A stretch of 64,000 nt of DNA from an uncultured delta proteobacterium (GTDB lineage: Bacteria > Myxococcota > Myxococcia > Myxococcales > Myxococcaceae). A program made the position numbers and the translations under genes. Positions within the stretch are counted from its first letter, which is position 1. The number at the start of each line of letters is the position of its first letter. The stretch lies in the NCBI GenBank assembly GCA_963713045.1, contig CAVQKE010000004.1:256001-320000 (forward strand), given 5' to 3'. This document shows, in pieces, positions 9,616-20,607 of the stretch. The notes under the pieces were generated by a model. That model made no database searches. It saw only the letters and a program-made list of their open reading frames with translations, and was not told the origin of the DNA.

Positions 9616-10326
9616 ATGACATGGGTCGCCCGGCTCGGACGGTTGTTCCCGGTCAACTCGCTTGCCGAGACCGTGCGGACGAGCATTCACTTCGACGCGA
9701 CAGCGGAAGAGGTGTGGCAGGCGATGCTCTTTTATGAGGAGGTGCCGCGCCGCCCGGCGCCGGTTCTTCGGCTTTTTCTCCCCGCGCCCATTCGGACCGA
9801 GGGCGACAAGGCGCGCGTCGGCGCCGCCATTCGCTGCACTTACGAGGGCGGGTACCTAGAAAAGCGAATCATCGAGGCAGCGCCGCCGCATCTTCTGCGC
9901 TTCGAAGTCACCGTGCAGGCGCTTGGAATCGAGGACGCCATCTTGATGGAGGGCGGCTTCTACCAGATTGACAGCGACCGCGATGGCGTCGGTTGCAATC
10001 TGGTTCTCGCCACCCGGTACTGCGGCCACCTCCGGCCGCGCTGGCTCTGGCGTCCGCTGGAGCGCTTCCTTGCGCACCGCCTGCACCGGCACATTCTGTG
10101 GGGCATGCGGGTCCTGCTGGAGCAGCAGGGCAAGACCCCCGCTGCGCCACACCGAGGGGCTTCTTCAGTCTGGCCCGATGACGCCGCCCCGAGGGCTGGT
10201 CGAGCAGAGAATTCCTCATGGCCCCAGTCAGCAGCGCCCCGAGGACGGCGGCGCCGGCGATCCAGTAACCCCATGAGCGGAAATCGCTCAGCGGCTGGGG
10301 CACGAATTTGGCCGGCCACCCACTGA
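9616..10326 (+). CDS. SRPBCC/polyketide cyclase-like protein, with a C-terminal extension of doubtful reality
   Basis: VRTSIHFDATAEEVWQAM...PRWLWRPLE...LHRHIL pattern. GAGG upstream of ATG 9616. Confidence 0.6.
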   Translation: MTWVARLGRLFPVNSLAETVRTSIHFDATAEEVWQAMLFYEEVPRRPAPVLRLFLPAPIRTEGDKARVGAAIRCTYEGGYLEKRIIEAAPPHLLRFEVTVQALGIEDAILMEGGFYQIDSDRDGVGCNLVLATRYCGHLRPRWLWRPLERFLAHRLHRHILWGMRVLLEQQGKTPAAPHRGASSVWPDDAAPRAGRAENSSWPQSAAPRGRRRRRSSNPMSGNRSAAGARIWPATH

Positions 10327-11947
10327 CCTCGAGTCCTGCGCACACCAGGGCCAGACACCAGAAAAATACCCCCGTGAAAGAGAGCGCGGCGACCAGCATC
10401 CGCTCTCCTTGCCCCAGCATGTCCTCATAGTGCCGACTCATCGCAGGCAGCCGGTCGCTCAGCCAAGCAAGCGACTTGTCGACCGCGGACCTGGCGAGAA
10501 GGCCGGTCGTCGCGACCGACCCCAGTCCATCGCCTGAGGCGACTCGAACGCAGAGTTCCTTCAGCCTTCGGCGGCGTTCGTCTTTCACGAACCTGCTCAG
10601 CTCTGGGACCCAGTTCGCATGAGGCGAGAGGGCGAGCATCACGGCGTCCGAAATTAACAAGGCGCGATACAGCTGGACCACCGACACCGGAATCGAGATG
10701 TGAGCGCGGTGCATCGCGCGGAACAGGCGCTGAATGAAGTACCCGCTGCTTCTGTGACGCAGTGGCGCGCCGTCGCTGCTCACGGCGGCTACCCAGTCGG
10801 AGACGATGTCCCGGAATTCGGCCTGGAATTGCCAGAGGTCGCCCCTCGGAAGGGGCTCCAGGGAGTTGAGGAGGACGTGAAATGCGCCGTCCGTATCGCC
10901 ATGCGAGATGCATTCGCGAAGTTGGAACTGCTGTGTCCGTATGCGGTCGTCCAGAGTACCGACCATCCCGAAGTCCACGAGGCCGAGGCCACCGTCTTTA
11001 AGGAGGAGCAGGTTCGCCGCGTGGGGGTCGGCGTGAAAAACTCCGTGATGGAAGAACTGCTCCAGCATGGACCGGAATATCAGCAGGGCCAGCGCATCTG
11101 GATTGACCAACGAGGCGAGTTGGCCGTCAGCGCCGGTTCGCAGCGCTTGGATAAGGTCCTTGAGCGGAACCCCTTCCAGCTCTTCCATTGTAATGACGTC
11201 CCGTCCGCAGTACCGCTCATAAACCCGAGGAGCACGGTGATTGATGTTGTCGCGCGCGAGCGCATCGTGCATCAGCTGGGTGTTCCGGGCCTCACGCTCA
11301 AAATCGAGCTCGGTCTCGATGGAGGCAGCGATGACCGCGACCACTCGCCGCAGGTTGAACTCGCGCGCCAGCCCCAGGCGGACGACCGAGGAGGCCGCGA
11401 GTCTCAGGATGGAGAGGTCGACGCGAATCCGCGCATCGATGCCTGGCTTCTTGACCTTGACCACAACCGGAGTGCCGTCGGGAAGCCGGGCGCGATGCAC
11501 CTGGGCGATGGACGCCGAGCTGATGGGGGCCTTGGAGAATGTTGGGAAGACATCCTTCAGCGCTTTGCCCAGGTCCGCCTCGATGACTGCTGCGACCGTC
11601 TCCATCGGCAAGGGTGCGAGGTCATCCAGCAGGCCGGCGAGGCTGAGACAGTAACGCTCGGGAAGAAGGTCGTACCGCATCGCGAGAAGTTGGCCGAGCT
11701 TCACGAAGCCGGCCCCGCACGATTCCAGGTGCTGCCGAAGGATGTCCGGGCCAACCTTCGGCAAGAAGGGTCTGCGCACGGCAAACTCGAGGGCGAAGCG
11801 GATCGAGGTCAGAGTGAGCCAGAGCGTTCGGGCAACAAAGAGAAGCACAAAGGGCGGAAAGGTGAATCCGCGATGCCTGGACCGCGCTCTCCGAGGCGTC
11901 TCTCGACGCGATGCTGCCGACACTTCAGGCTGGCTAGCGTCGAGCAT
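9908..11947 (-). CDS. ABC1/UbiB (AarF) family atypical kinase with C-terminal membrane segments
   Basis: Motifs FVKLGQLL, SASIAQVHRA, VVVKV, ELDFEREA, FHADPHAANL and DFGMVG. Confidence 0.9.
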   Translation of the reverse strand: MLDASQPEVSAASRRETPRRARSRHRGFTFPPFVLLFVARTLWLTLTSIRFALEFAVRRPFLPKVGPDILRQHLESCGAGFVKLGQLLAMRYDLLPERYCLSLAGLLDDLAPLPMETVAAVIEADLGKALKDVFPTFSKAPISSASIAQVHRARLPDGTPVVVKVKKPGIDARIRVDLSILRLAASSVVRLGLAREFNLRRVVAVIAASIETELDFEREARNTQLMHDALARDNINHRAPRVYERYCGRDVITMEELEGVPLKDLIQALRTGADGQLASLVNPDALALLIFRSMLEQFFHHGVFHADPHAANLLLLKDGGLGLVDFGMVGTLDDRIRTQQFQLRECISHGDTDGAFHVLLNSLEPLPRGDLWQFQAEFRDIVSDWVAAVSSDGAPLRHRSSGYFIQRLFRAMHRAHISIPVSVVQLYRALLISDAVMLALSPHANWVPELSRFVKDERRRRLKELCVRVASGDGLGSVATTGLLARSAVDKSLAWLSDRLPAMSRHYEDMLGQGERMLVAALSFTGVFFWCLALVCAGLEVSGWPAKFVPQPLSDFRSWGYWIAGAAVLGALLTGAMRNSLLDQPSGRRHRARLKKPLGVAQRGSCPAAPAGPACPTECAGAGGAQGSAPADARASAAGGGRSTGWREPDCNRRHRGRCQSGRSRPPSRWRPRFQAPAR

Positions 11948-11979
11948 CGAACAGGGCAGAAGACAGAATTAGCATCCCA

Positions 11980-12417
11980 TTAGGTGGTGCCACCGGACGC
12001 TGGAGGTTGACCGGGGGTGGCGGTGTCGCCTTGCCGTCGCTGGCTTAACTTCGCGGCGACAAGATTGGCGATGCTGTCGTAATCGAGACCCTTTCCCGAA
12101 GGGTTTCGCTGCTCGACGACCGCGGTGCGCAAATCCTCGTACAGGCGCTGGGGGAGCTTGGCGAGCTCCTCGAGGAAGCGGGCGTTAGCAGCAATCGAAC
12201 CGACGATGAGGCCATTGTCGAGGTTGAGGGCGGTAATGTTCTCAGTGGTGAGGCTCTGATTGAAGGCTTGGACCCCTGAGGTGAGGGCCTGGGCAAATCC
12301 CGCGACTCCGTTCGCCAGGGCACGCGTCAAGCCGACCGGTGAGGGCAGCGGTCGATTGCCGGACCGGGCCTTGTGGATTGGCGGCTGTGCGCTGCGAGCC
12401 TCTTCTTGAGTGGGCAT
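11980..12417 (-). CDS. Hypothetical helical protein immediately upstream of the ABC1 kinase
   Basis: ATG-started 145-aa ORF with GAGGAG upstream and amphipathic composition. No recognisable family. Confidence 0.6.
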   Translation of the reverse strand: MPTQEEARSAQPPIHKARSGNRPLPSPVGLTRALANGVAGFAQALTSGVQAFNQSLTTENITALNLDNGLIVGSIAANARFLEELAKLPQRLYEDLRTAVVEQRNPSGKGLDYDSIANLVAAKLSQRRQGDTATPGQPPASGGTT

Positions 12418-12737
12418 GAATCATTTCTCCTCATCGGTTGTCAGCCCGGGGCACCCCTTCGGTGCGCACGGAAGCCGAGGCCGCGCAAAGATTACGGATG
12501 CATCGCTATCGGCGCAACAGGGCCGCCTGCCTCGCGCGGGTCGAGGGGACGTCTTCCCATTCCGGCACCAGGCAGCGAATCGCCGGGCGCGCAAACGTTG
12601 CGTAGCCTCGGGGGAGGTTGGGTGTCTCCGCCGCCCACAGACAGAAGGGGCTCGTGTCGCCGTCGGCCACAGGCCTTGGGAGAGCGAAGAGGGGCCAACG
12701 GGTTCGGAAGGCAAGGCCCTGGATGCGCCGAGGGACT

Positions 12738-13691
12738 TCAGTGTTTTTGGTTGTGATTGAAAACCTCGATGGCGAAGACGATGCGCCACTGGGGCGCCCC
12801 GAAGTCCGGCTGAATGCCGCCACCGGCGCCCAACTTAAAGCGTAGCTGGGGCCCGTCGTCGGCCGTCCCCTCAAGCCGGAGGGTGAGAAGGCCCTCCAAG
12901 GCGGTACTGGTCGTGCCAAAAAAGGCTTCCAAGGCGGTTGCTCCGTAAAACTCCGGGCCGACGACAAAGTCCATGGCCCCCACCGGCAGCTTGGCCCCGC
13001 CGGCGACGCCGAAGAGCAATTCACTGCCCTGCGGGCTCTGCGGCGTTGGGTAGTTGTTCAGCGGCCGGACGTGGACACCAAGCTGACCGGCGTAGGTGAA
13101 GAAGCCGCTGTCGCCGGCGAAGAGAATTCGGAACATCGCCCGGTAGGTGGCATCGGTGTCGTAGTCGTCGCGGTAGCCACTGGGAATAATCAGCTGAGCG
13201 CCAGCCCCCAGGCGGAAGCCGCTTTCTGGGCCGCCGATGAGGCGAACGTCGACTCCGACGCGAGCGTCCGACAAGGTGTCGGGGTTCGCTGCCAAGTTCA
13301 CCAGCGGAGCGGTAAAGGTGTAACCGCCAAGCGTGCCGCTGTGGCCGCCGGCGTAAAGCGGCAAGTCCAGATTGACGTAAACGCGCCACCGGTCATAGGT
13401 GACCGCGCCTCCAATATCCAGGAACGCTCGGGTCGAGACCACGGAAAGTGCCTGCGAGCCCTCGGTGATGCGCAGCGCGTTCCTTTCGTATCCACTGGTC
13501 ATGGACACCGCCCCGCCGAGGCCACCGTGCAGGTCGAGAGTGTCCATCACGAACCAGCCGCCCCCCGGGGCTGAGGTGTAAAAGCGCTCGATGGCGAAGC
13601 CTAAAGCCTGCTGCTGCGCCTCGGCGCGCGCGCTCAGAATGAGGCACAGGACAGCCAAGGCAAGAGCGAAGTTCCGGCTAAAACTCAGCAT
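12738..13691 (-). CDS. Secreted outer-membrane beta-barrel-like protein
   Basis: Signal peptide ending AEA-Q, alternating hydrophobic beta-strand pattern, and C-terminal PQWRIVFAIEVF. Confidence 0.65.
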   Translation of the reverse strand: MLSFSRNFALALAVLCLILSARAEAQQQALGFAIERFYTSAPGGGWFVMDTLDLHGGLGGAVSMTSGYERNALRITEGSQALSVVSTRAFLDIGGAVTYDRWRVYVNLDLPLYAGGHSGTLGGYTFTAPLVNLAANPDTLSDARVGVDVRLIGGPESGFRLGAGAQLIIPSGYRDDYDTDATYRAMFRILFAGDSGFFTYAGQLGVHVRPLNNYPTPQSPQGSELLFGVAGGAKLPVGAMDFVVGPEFYGATALEAFFGTTSTALEGLLTLRLEGTADDGPQLRFKLGAGGGIQPDFGAPQWRIVFAIEVFNHNQKH

Positions 13692-15171
13692 GGACCTTCG
13701 CTCCAATGATGTTGACTGGGCCTCGGGCGGTGTTGAACCCTGGATGCCAAAGAAACTGGTAGTCGCCGGCCAGCCAAAGGGCCCGAAAGAAATTCACGCT
13801 GTAGAAGACTTCGAAGACACCTTCGCCGCCGGGTCCGCTGAGGCGGCCGTCTCCGACGAAGCCGTCGACGCCTCCCATCGCGAGGTACTGGGCATGCTCT
13901 GAGGAAATCCAGCTCATGCCGAAGCCGATGCCAGTGACGTCTAGCGGGCGTCCCCAGGGCGAGCCCTTGACCACGGCGCCGACACTGAAGTCCCGGTCGG
14001 CGGGGTCGAAGGCGTCAACCTCGGTTTTCCCGTCGGAATACATCGCTCGAAGAAAAAAGCCGATGTCTTTCGAAACGAATTGCTCGATGTTGATGCCAAT
14101 TCCCAGCTTCTCGTTCGGCCTTCGCACCCAGCACATGTCAGGTGCCGTGAAGTTCCCTGAACCGTAATTGTAGCGAGACCCGCAGGATGCGGCGTTTTCC
14201 GCGGGATTGGCCTGGTAGGCGGCAATGGCGTCGCTGAATTGCCCGATGACTTCGTAGTTTCGGTAGCCAAGAATGCGAATGGCGCCCGGTTGTCCAAAGA
14301 GGAGATGGTCGTGCTCCAGCTCGAGCGCGTCGCCGTAGTACTGCCAGATGTGCAAATTGAGAGCGAGGACGTTTGGGTTCTGCGGGGTCGCCAGTCGCCC
14401 GAAGCGTAGGGCCCAATCGTCCCAGTCCAGCTCGACCGCGGCGCCGTAGGAGTAGCCTCGCGCGTCCGCTGGGAAGTCCCACGAGGCGTGCGTCATGAAG
14501 GCCATGTTGAAGAACGTCTGGCGGGGATCGCCGACGACGTGGTTGACGTCGAAGATGTCGAGGTCCGAATAGTTGCCAACGGTGATGACAATGCGCCGGC
14601 TGTCCACAACGGACCCGAGGTGCATCTGGCCCGAGGGCACCACCACTGGCTCGCCGCCGAGTTCAATGGTTTGCCGAAGGTACAAGCGCGAGTGGTACAG
14701 CTGAGGCGTTTCGCCTCCGGTCTTCTGCAGCTCAAAATCCTGAATCGCTCCGCCGATGCCGCGCAGGTTCGAGAAAGGCCGCTCCGCGATAATTTCGGGC
14801 ACGAAGTAGGCTTCGCCACCCGGCCAAAGCCTCAGTCCAAAAAAGAAGGTGAAGGTGTAGGTGAAGGCCCGCTCGTAGTCCGGCACCAGGGAATTGATGC
14901 TGCCGTTGGCGTTGGTGTACGGGGCTTGAAACGATGGCTTCCAACTCGAGATGTATGTGAATTGGCCATAGAGGTTCCACGCCTCGTTGTTGATGTTGTG
15001 CCACCCGTGCTGCGCCAGGTAGCCCATCAGGGTGAAAGGTGTCTCTTCGTCGGCGGTGGAACGCGTCTCCTCGCCGGCTTTCGCGGCAGTCTCTTCAGCC
15101 GCCGGCGGAGTGCCAGCGTCTTGGGCCATTGCCCAACTGGACCGCAGAAGGGTGCACATCGACATGCCCAC
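13678..15171 (-). CDS. OprB-family carbohydrate/metal-selective porin (MnoP-like)
   Basis: WNLYGQFTYI, GLRLWPGGEAYF, RLYLRQT, DPRQTFFN, WDFPADARGYSYG and DYQFLWHPGFN. Ends in Phe (HAEF). Start codon uncertain. Confidence 0.8.
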   Translation of the reverse strand: MGMSMCTLLRSSWAMAQDAGTPPAAEETAAKAGEETRSTADEETPFTLMGYLAQHGWHNINNEAWNLYGQFTYISSWKPSFQAPYTNANGSINSLVPDYERAFTYTFTFFFGLRLWPGGEAYFVPEIIAERPFSNLRGIGGAIQDFELQKTGGETPQLYHSRLYLRQTIELGGEPVVVPSGQMHLGSVVDSRRIVITVGNYSDLDIFDVNHVVGDPRQTFFNMAFMTHASWDFPADARGYSYGAAVELDWDDWALRFGRLATPQNPNVLALNLHIWQYYGDALELEHDHLLFGQPGAIRILGYRNYEVIGQFSDAIAAYQANPAENAASCGSRYNYGSGNFTAPDMCWVRRPNEKLGIGINIEQFVSKDIGFFLRAMYSDGKTEVDAFDPADRDFSVGAVVKGSPWGRPLDVTGIGFGMSWISSEHAQYLAMGGVDGFVGDGRLSGPGGEGVFEVFYSVNFFRALWLAGDYQFLWHPGFNTARGPVNIIGAKVHAEF

Positions 15172-15245
15172 CCACAGCGCCCGGGCAAACCGTCGGGCAG
15201 CCGGCCGGCGGAGGCGAGATGGGTCACCCCTCTTGAGCGCCAGCC

Positions 15246-15896
15246 TCAGTTGGGGCCCGCATCGGTGTTGGCGGTGGTGGTGCAGGTCGCCGCGTCGTAG
15301 CTGAGGCCGGCGAATAGACTTGAAAACACAATCTGCGTCAGGAAATCGGCCTGTGTCTGAGAGAGGAAGCTTCCGGCGGCGCAGTTCCCGGCAAAGGTGG
15401 TGTCATCCACGGCAATGCTGAGTGTTTGGTTCAGCTGGACGGAGAAGCCGATTCGCGACTGAAGGACGACGTAGAACGTCGGTGGTGTTGAGTTCATCGG
15501 GTTCCACCCCGGAGCGAGCGCCACGTATGCCGCGTTGGCTGACGCAGCGATGGTGCTCTCCGGGCCGCTCGAGGAACCGGGAGGGATGGGCGTCGTGAAC
15601 GAGACCGCCTGCCAAAAGGCCTGGTAAATGACGAGTGGGGTGCTGGTCGACGGCGGGTAGCGGTTTTCCAGCACCACGGAGGTGTCGGGGGTGTCGCAGG
15701 CAGTCACGACGGAGGAGAGGAGCGCGCACAGGACGAAGCCGAGGACGCTTCCCCAATGGCTTTTGACGGCGGCGCGGCGTCGTGACAGGGCTTGCGCCCG
15801 TCCGTCCTGAAGGCGAGACGCCGTCGGCGCGGAGCCGACGCCGAGAACCCAGCGGTCCGCAACTGCCTGAAGTCGAGTGAGTGCCGCTCCGCTCAT
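15246..15896 (-). CDS. Hypothetical lipoprotein
   Basis: Hydrophobic stretch followed by a VTAC lipobox, then a Ser/Thr/Pro-rich mature region. True start uncertain. Confidence 0.6.
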   Translation of the reverse strand: MSGAALTRLQAVADRWVLGVGSAPTASRLQDGRAQALSRRRAAVKSHWGSVLGFVLCALLSSVVTACDTPDTSVVLENRYPPSTSTPLVIYQAFWQAVSFTTPIPPGSSSGPESTIAASANAAYVALAPGWNPMNSTPPTFYVVLQSRIGFSVQLNQTLSIAVDDTTFAGNCAAGSFLSQTQADFLTQIVFSSLFAGLSYDAATCTTTANTDAGPN

Positions 15897-16350
15897 CTCA
15901 GCTTGCCTTCACCCTAGCCGAGATGGCCTTGTGGCTCAGCAAAACGAACGTCGGTCAGGACGTTTTCAGTCCTTGTCCGAACGTCCGGGGCCGGTGTGTC
16001 GACCTCTCGGGCGGTGCGCCGGGAACGAATCCCCTTCCGCGCCAGGCGGGCAACCCATCGGACGACGTCGGGTCAAGGCGAGGTTTGGCAACCTTTTTTC
16101 CCGCGTCAGTGGCGGGCCGAGGCTGTCACCCCTCGGGCGCTTCAAGGCCTCGGGGCGTCGAGATTCGAAATGGCGCCAGGGGTTTGCCCCCCCGGCGGGC
16201 GCCACCGGACGTTGTCCCGTCAACAGTGACAGCTTTGCGACGGGCGGTTGCGCAGGGCGAGAGCCGACCCCATTTCTCAGCGTGGCGACGTTGATTTCAG
16301 AATCCTGTCGAGCTATCGCCCCCTCGATTTCCCGGCAAAGGAGCAAAGCC

Positions 16351-17127
16351 ATGGCTACGCCCAACGGTCAGTTCATTTGGCATGAATGCATGACCACCGA
16401 CGTCAAAGCCGCCCTCGCTTTCTACGGGCACGTGGTCGGTTGGACTTCCAGCGCCATGCCGATGCCGGGTGGCGGTCAGTACTACGTGCTCGAGGCAGGC
16501 GGACGGGGGATGGGAGGCATGTTCGAGATTTCCAAGGGTCAGCAATCCTCGGCCATGCCGCCTGGCTGGATTGGCTACATCAGCTCCGCCGACGTTGATG
16601 CGGATGCGAGCCGACTCAAGAAGCTGGGCGGTCAGCTGCGTCGACCGCCGGAGGACATCCCCGACGTCGGTCGCTTTGCACCGGTTTCTGACCCGCAAGG
16701 TGCAGGCTTCATTCTCTTCAAGCCCAAGCCTCCGCCGGGGCAGGCTCCGCTGCCGGCCGCCGGCGTGGGCACGGTCGGTTGGGCCGAGCTCTACTCGACC
16801 GACTGGCAAAAGGCGTTCGGCTTCTATTCGGAGATGTTTGCCTGGAAAAAGGCTGATGCCATGGACATGGGCCCGATGGGCACCTACCAGCTCTTCACCA
16901 GCGGGGCACACCCCGTTGGCGGTATGATGAACCGTCCCGACTCCACCATGCCCCCGCACTGGCTCTACTATTTCAACGTGGAAGCCATTGACGCCGCGCT
17001 CAAGCGGGTCAAAGCCAAAGGCGGCGACGTCCAGCAGGGGCCGACCGAGGTTCCAGGCGGAAGCTGGATTATCCAGTGCCGAGACCCGCAGGGTGCAGGC
17101 TTTGCCCTGGTCGCGCCCAAGCGCTGA
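16351..17127 (+). CDS. VOC family (glyoxalase/bleomycin-resistance) protein with two VOC domains
   Basis: FIWHECMTTD...FYGHVVGW, DPQGAGF twice, and WAELYSTD. AGGAG ribosome-binding site. Confidence 0.9.
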   Translation: MATPNGQFIWHECMTTDVKAALAFYGHVVGWTSSAMPMPGGGQYYVLEAGGRGMGGMFEISKGQQSSAMPPGWIGYISSADVDADASRLKKLGGQLRRPPEDIPDVGRFAPVSDPQGAGFILFKPKPPPGQAPLPAAGVGTVGWAELYSTDWQKAFGFYSEMFAWKKADAMDMGPMGTYQLFTSGAHPVGGMMNRPDSTMPPHWLYYFNVEAIDAALKRVKAKGGDVQQGPTEVPGGSWIIQCRDPQGAGFALVAPKR

Positions 17128-17172
17128 AGAAGGCCGACGCCCGAAAGCGGTCCGCGCGGCGGAGCGCGGGCC

Positions 17173-17975
17173 TTAGACTGCATCCGTCGCTGAGTGCACG
17201 GCCGCCGCCAGACGTCGGACCAGCGCGAGGCCCTCCGAAGCGTCGGTGCCCCCTCGGTGCAGGCATTCGACGAGGGCGCTTCCGACCACCACTGCATCGG
17301 CGTGCTCCGCCAAGGCCTGGGCCTGCTCGGCCGTCGAGACGCCGAAGCCAACCGCCACCGGGGCTTTGCAGACCGAGCGGGCCTCCGCCAATTTGGCCGG
17401 GAGGTCCGCTGGAAGTTCGGCCCGGCGTCCGGTGACCCCGGTCACGCTGACGAAGTAGAGAAAGCCGCGCGTCGCCTCGCCAATGTCTTTGAGACGGGCA
17501 AGCGGCGTGGTGGGCGCGGCCAGAAGGACCAGAGACACACCACAGGCCTCGGCCAGCCGTCCCAAGGGGCGCGACTCCTCGAGGGGCAAGTCCGCAACCA
17601 GCGCGCCATCCACGCCAGCGTCCTTGGCGTCGGTGACGAAGGGCAGAAGCCCCATCCGGAGAATGGGATTCATGTACCCAAACAGGACGAGCGGGACGTC
17701 ACAGCCGCGCTGGCGAAGTCGTCTCACCAGTCCCAGCACTCCGGCCAGGCTGGTGTTGGCCTGTAAGGCCCGCTGCGAAGCGGCTTGAATGGTGGGCCCA
17801 TCCGCCAGCGGGTCCGAGAAGGGGACCCCCAATTCAATGACGTCCGCACCAGCCTCCGCCAGGGCCGGGACGAGGCGTTCGGTTGTGGCCAGGTCTGGGT
17901 CTCCGGCGCAGACGTACACCACCAGGGCCTTGCGTCCCGTCCTCTTGAAGTCGCTGAAGAGGCGCTCCAGCCGAT

Positions 17976-17979
<4 letters not shown>
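17173..17979 (-). CDS. trpA: Tryptophan synthase alpha subunit
   Basis: Motifs [37 protein letters not shown] and VVVGSA. Confidence 0.98.
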
Positions 17980-19183
<1,204 letters not shown>

Positions 19184-19187
<4 letters not shown>

Positions 19188-19810
19188 GGCTTTGCCTCCG
19201 CTGCCCGCACCGCGGCCAAGAAGGCCGCCACCCGCGCGGCGTCCTTGATGCCGGGCGCACTTTCCACTCCCGAGGCAACATCCACCCCGTCCGGCGCTGC
19301 ACGGATAATGGCCTCGCCGACGTTTTCCGGGGTGAGGCCGCCCGCCAACCACACCGGGAGTCGCCAGGCACGCACCCATGGCACAAGCGCCCAGTCGAAG
19401 CGCCGGCCGCTTCCACCTTGGCCTTCGACGTGAGCGTCGAGCAGCACCGCCGACGCGGCCCGGGAGGGCATGCCGGGCAGAGACTCCGGCCCGGAGATGC
19501 GCACCACCTGCCACAGCGCGGCGCCGACGCCGATGTAGTCCTGAGGGTCCTCGTCCCCGTGCAGCTGCACGGCGCCGAGGCGGGCCCGCTCGACTGCCAG
19601 ACGCACTTCGGCAGGCGGCGCGCGGACGAAGACGCCCACCTTCAGCACGTGGGCCGGCACCCCGGCCGCCAGACGTTCGGCCGCATCCAGCGTCAGGAAG
19701 CGCTTGCTCTGCGGCCAGAAATTGAAGCCGATGGCATCGACGCCGGCTTCGACACAGCTCCGCACGTCCTCGGCGCGGGTGAGTCCGCACACCTTCACCC
19801 GGGTGGCCAT
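19184..19810 (-). CDS. trpF: Phosphoribosylanthranilate isomerase
   Basis: Motifs [37 protein letters not shown] and DVASGVE. Confidence 0.97.
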
Positions 19811-20607
19811 GGTGCCTCCAATAGAGCGCGAACCGCCGCTTCAGGATGCTTCGCCCGCATCAGCGACTCGCCGACAAGCGCCGCTCCAGCGCCCGCCCGG
19901 GCAAGCCCAGTGAGGTCCGACGCCGTCAGGATGCCGCTCTCGGCGACCAGCGTCCGACCTGGCGCGTGAAGCGCGGGCGCCAGCCGGGCGAAGCGGCCGG
20001 CATCCACCTCCAGCGTCTCGAGGTCCCGGGCGTTGATGCCCACCAACGGCGCGTTCAGCACCGTCGCCGTCTCGACGTCCTGCGGTGAAGCCACCTCCAA
20101 CAGCACGTCCAATCCAAGGGCGCTGGCGCCAAAGGCGAGCTCCGCCAGCAGTGCCGGCTCCACGGCGCCGGCAATCAGCAGCACGGCATCCGCTCCGACG
20201 AATGCCGCTTCTTCCAACATGTAGGAGTCGACCACGAAGTCCTTTCGCAGCAACGGCACTTCTACCGCGGCGCGGACTTGCGCCAAATCTTCCAGGGTGC
20301 CGGCGAAGCGCCGGCCTTCGGTCAGGACACTGACGCAGCGCGCGCCGCCCTGGACATAGGCCCGCGCCCGGTCCGCGGCCTCGACGGTGGGGGCAATGGC
20401 GCCGGCCGATGGGGAGGCGCGCTTCACCTCGCAAATCAAGGGGAAGGTGTTTCCACCGAGGAGTGCTTGGTGGAAACGACGCGGCCGCCGGGGAAGCCGC
20501 GCCACCTCGGCCGGAAGGCCCGGGCGAATTCGCCGGCGGCGTTGGCAGTCCTCTCCGGCCGAGGCCACCAACTCCGCCAGGACGCCTCGCGGGGGGCGCC
20601 AACTCAC
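19795..20607 (-). CDS. trpC: Indole-3-glycerol phosphate synthase
   Basis: Motifs [29 protein letters not shown] and AESGI. Confidence 0.96.
   Translation of the reverse strand: MSWRPPRGVLAELVASAGEDCQRRRRIRPGLPAEVARLPRRPRRFHQALLGGNTFPLICEVKRASPSAGAIAPTVEAADRARAYVQGGARCVSVLTEGRRFAGTLEDLAQVRAAVEVPLLRKDFVVDSYMLEEAAFVGADAVLLIAGAVEPALLAELAFGASALGLDVLLEVASPQDVETATVLNAPLVGINARDLETLEVDAGRFARLAPALHAPGRTLVAESGILTASDLTGLARAGAGAALVGESLMRAKHPEAAVRALLEAPWPPG

Noticed and set aside
19188..19790. Apparent 200-aa N-terminal extension of TrpB in the ORF track
   Set aside because: It overlaps trpF in another frame and is low-complexity Arg/Gly sequence. It arises because the ORF caller ignores the probable CTG start.
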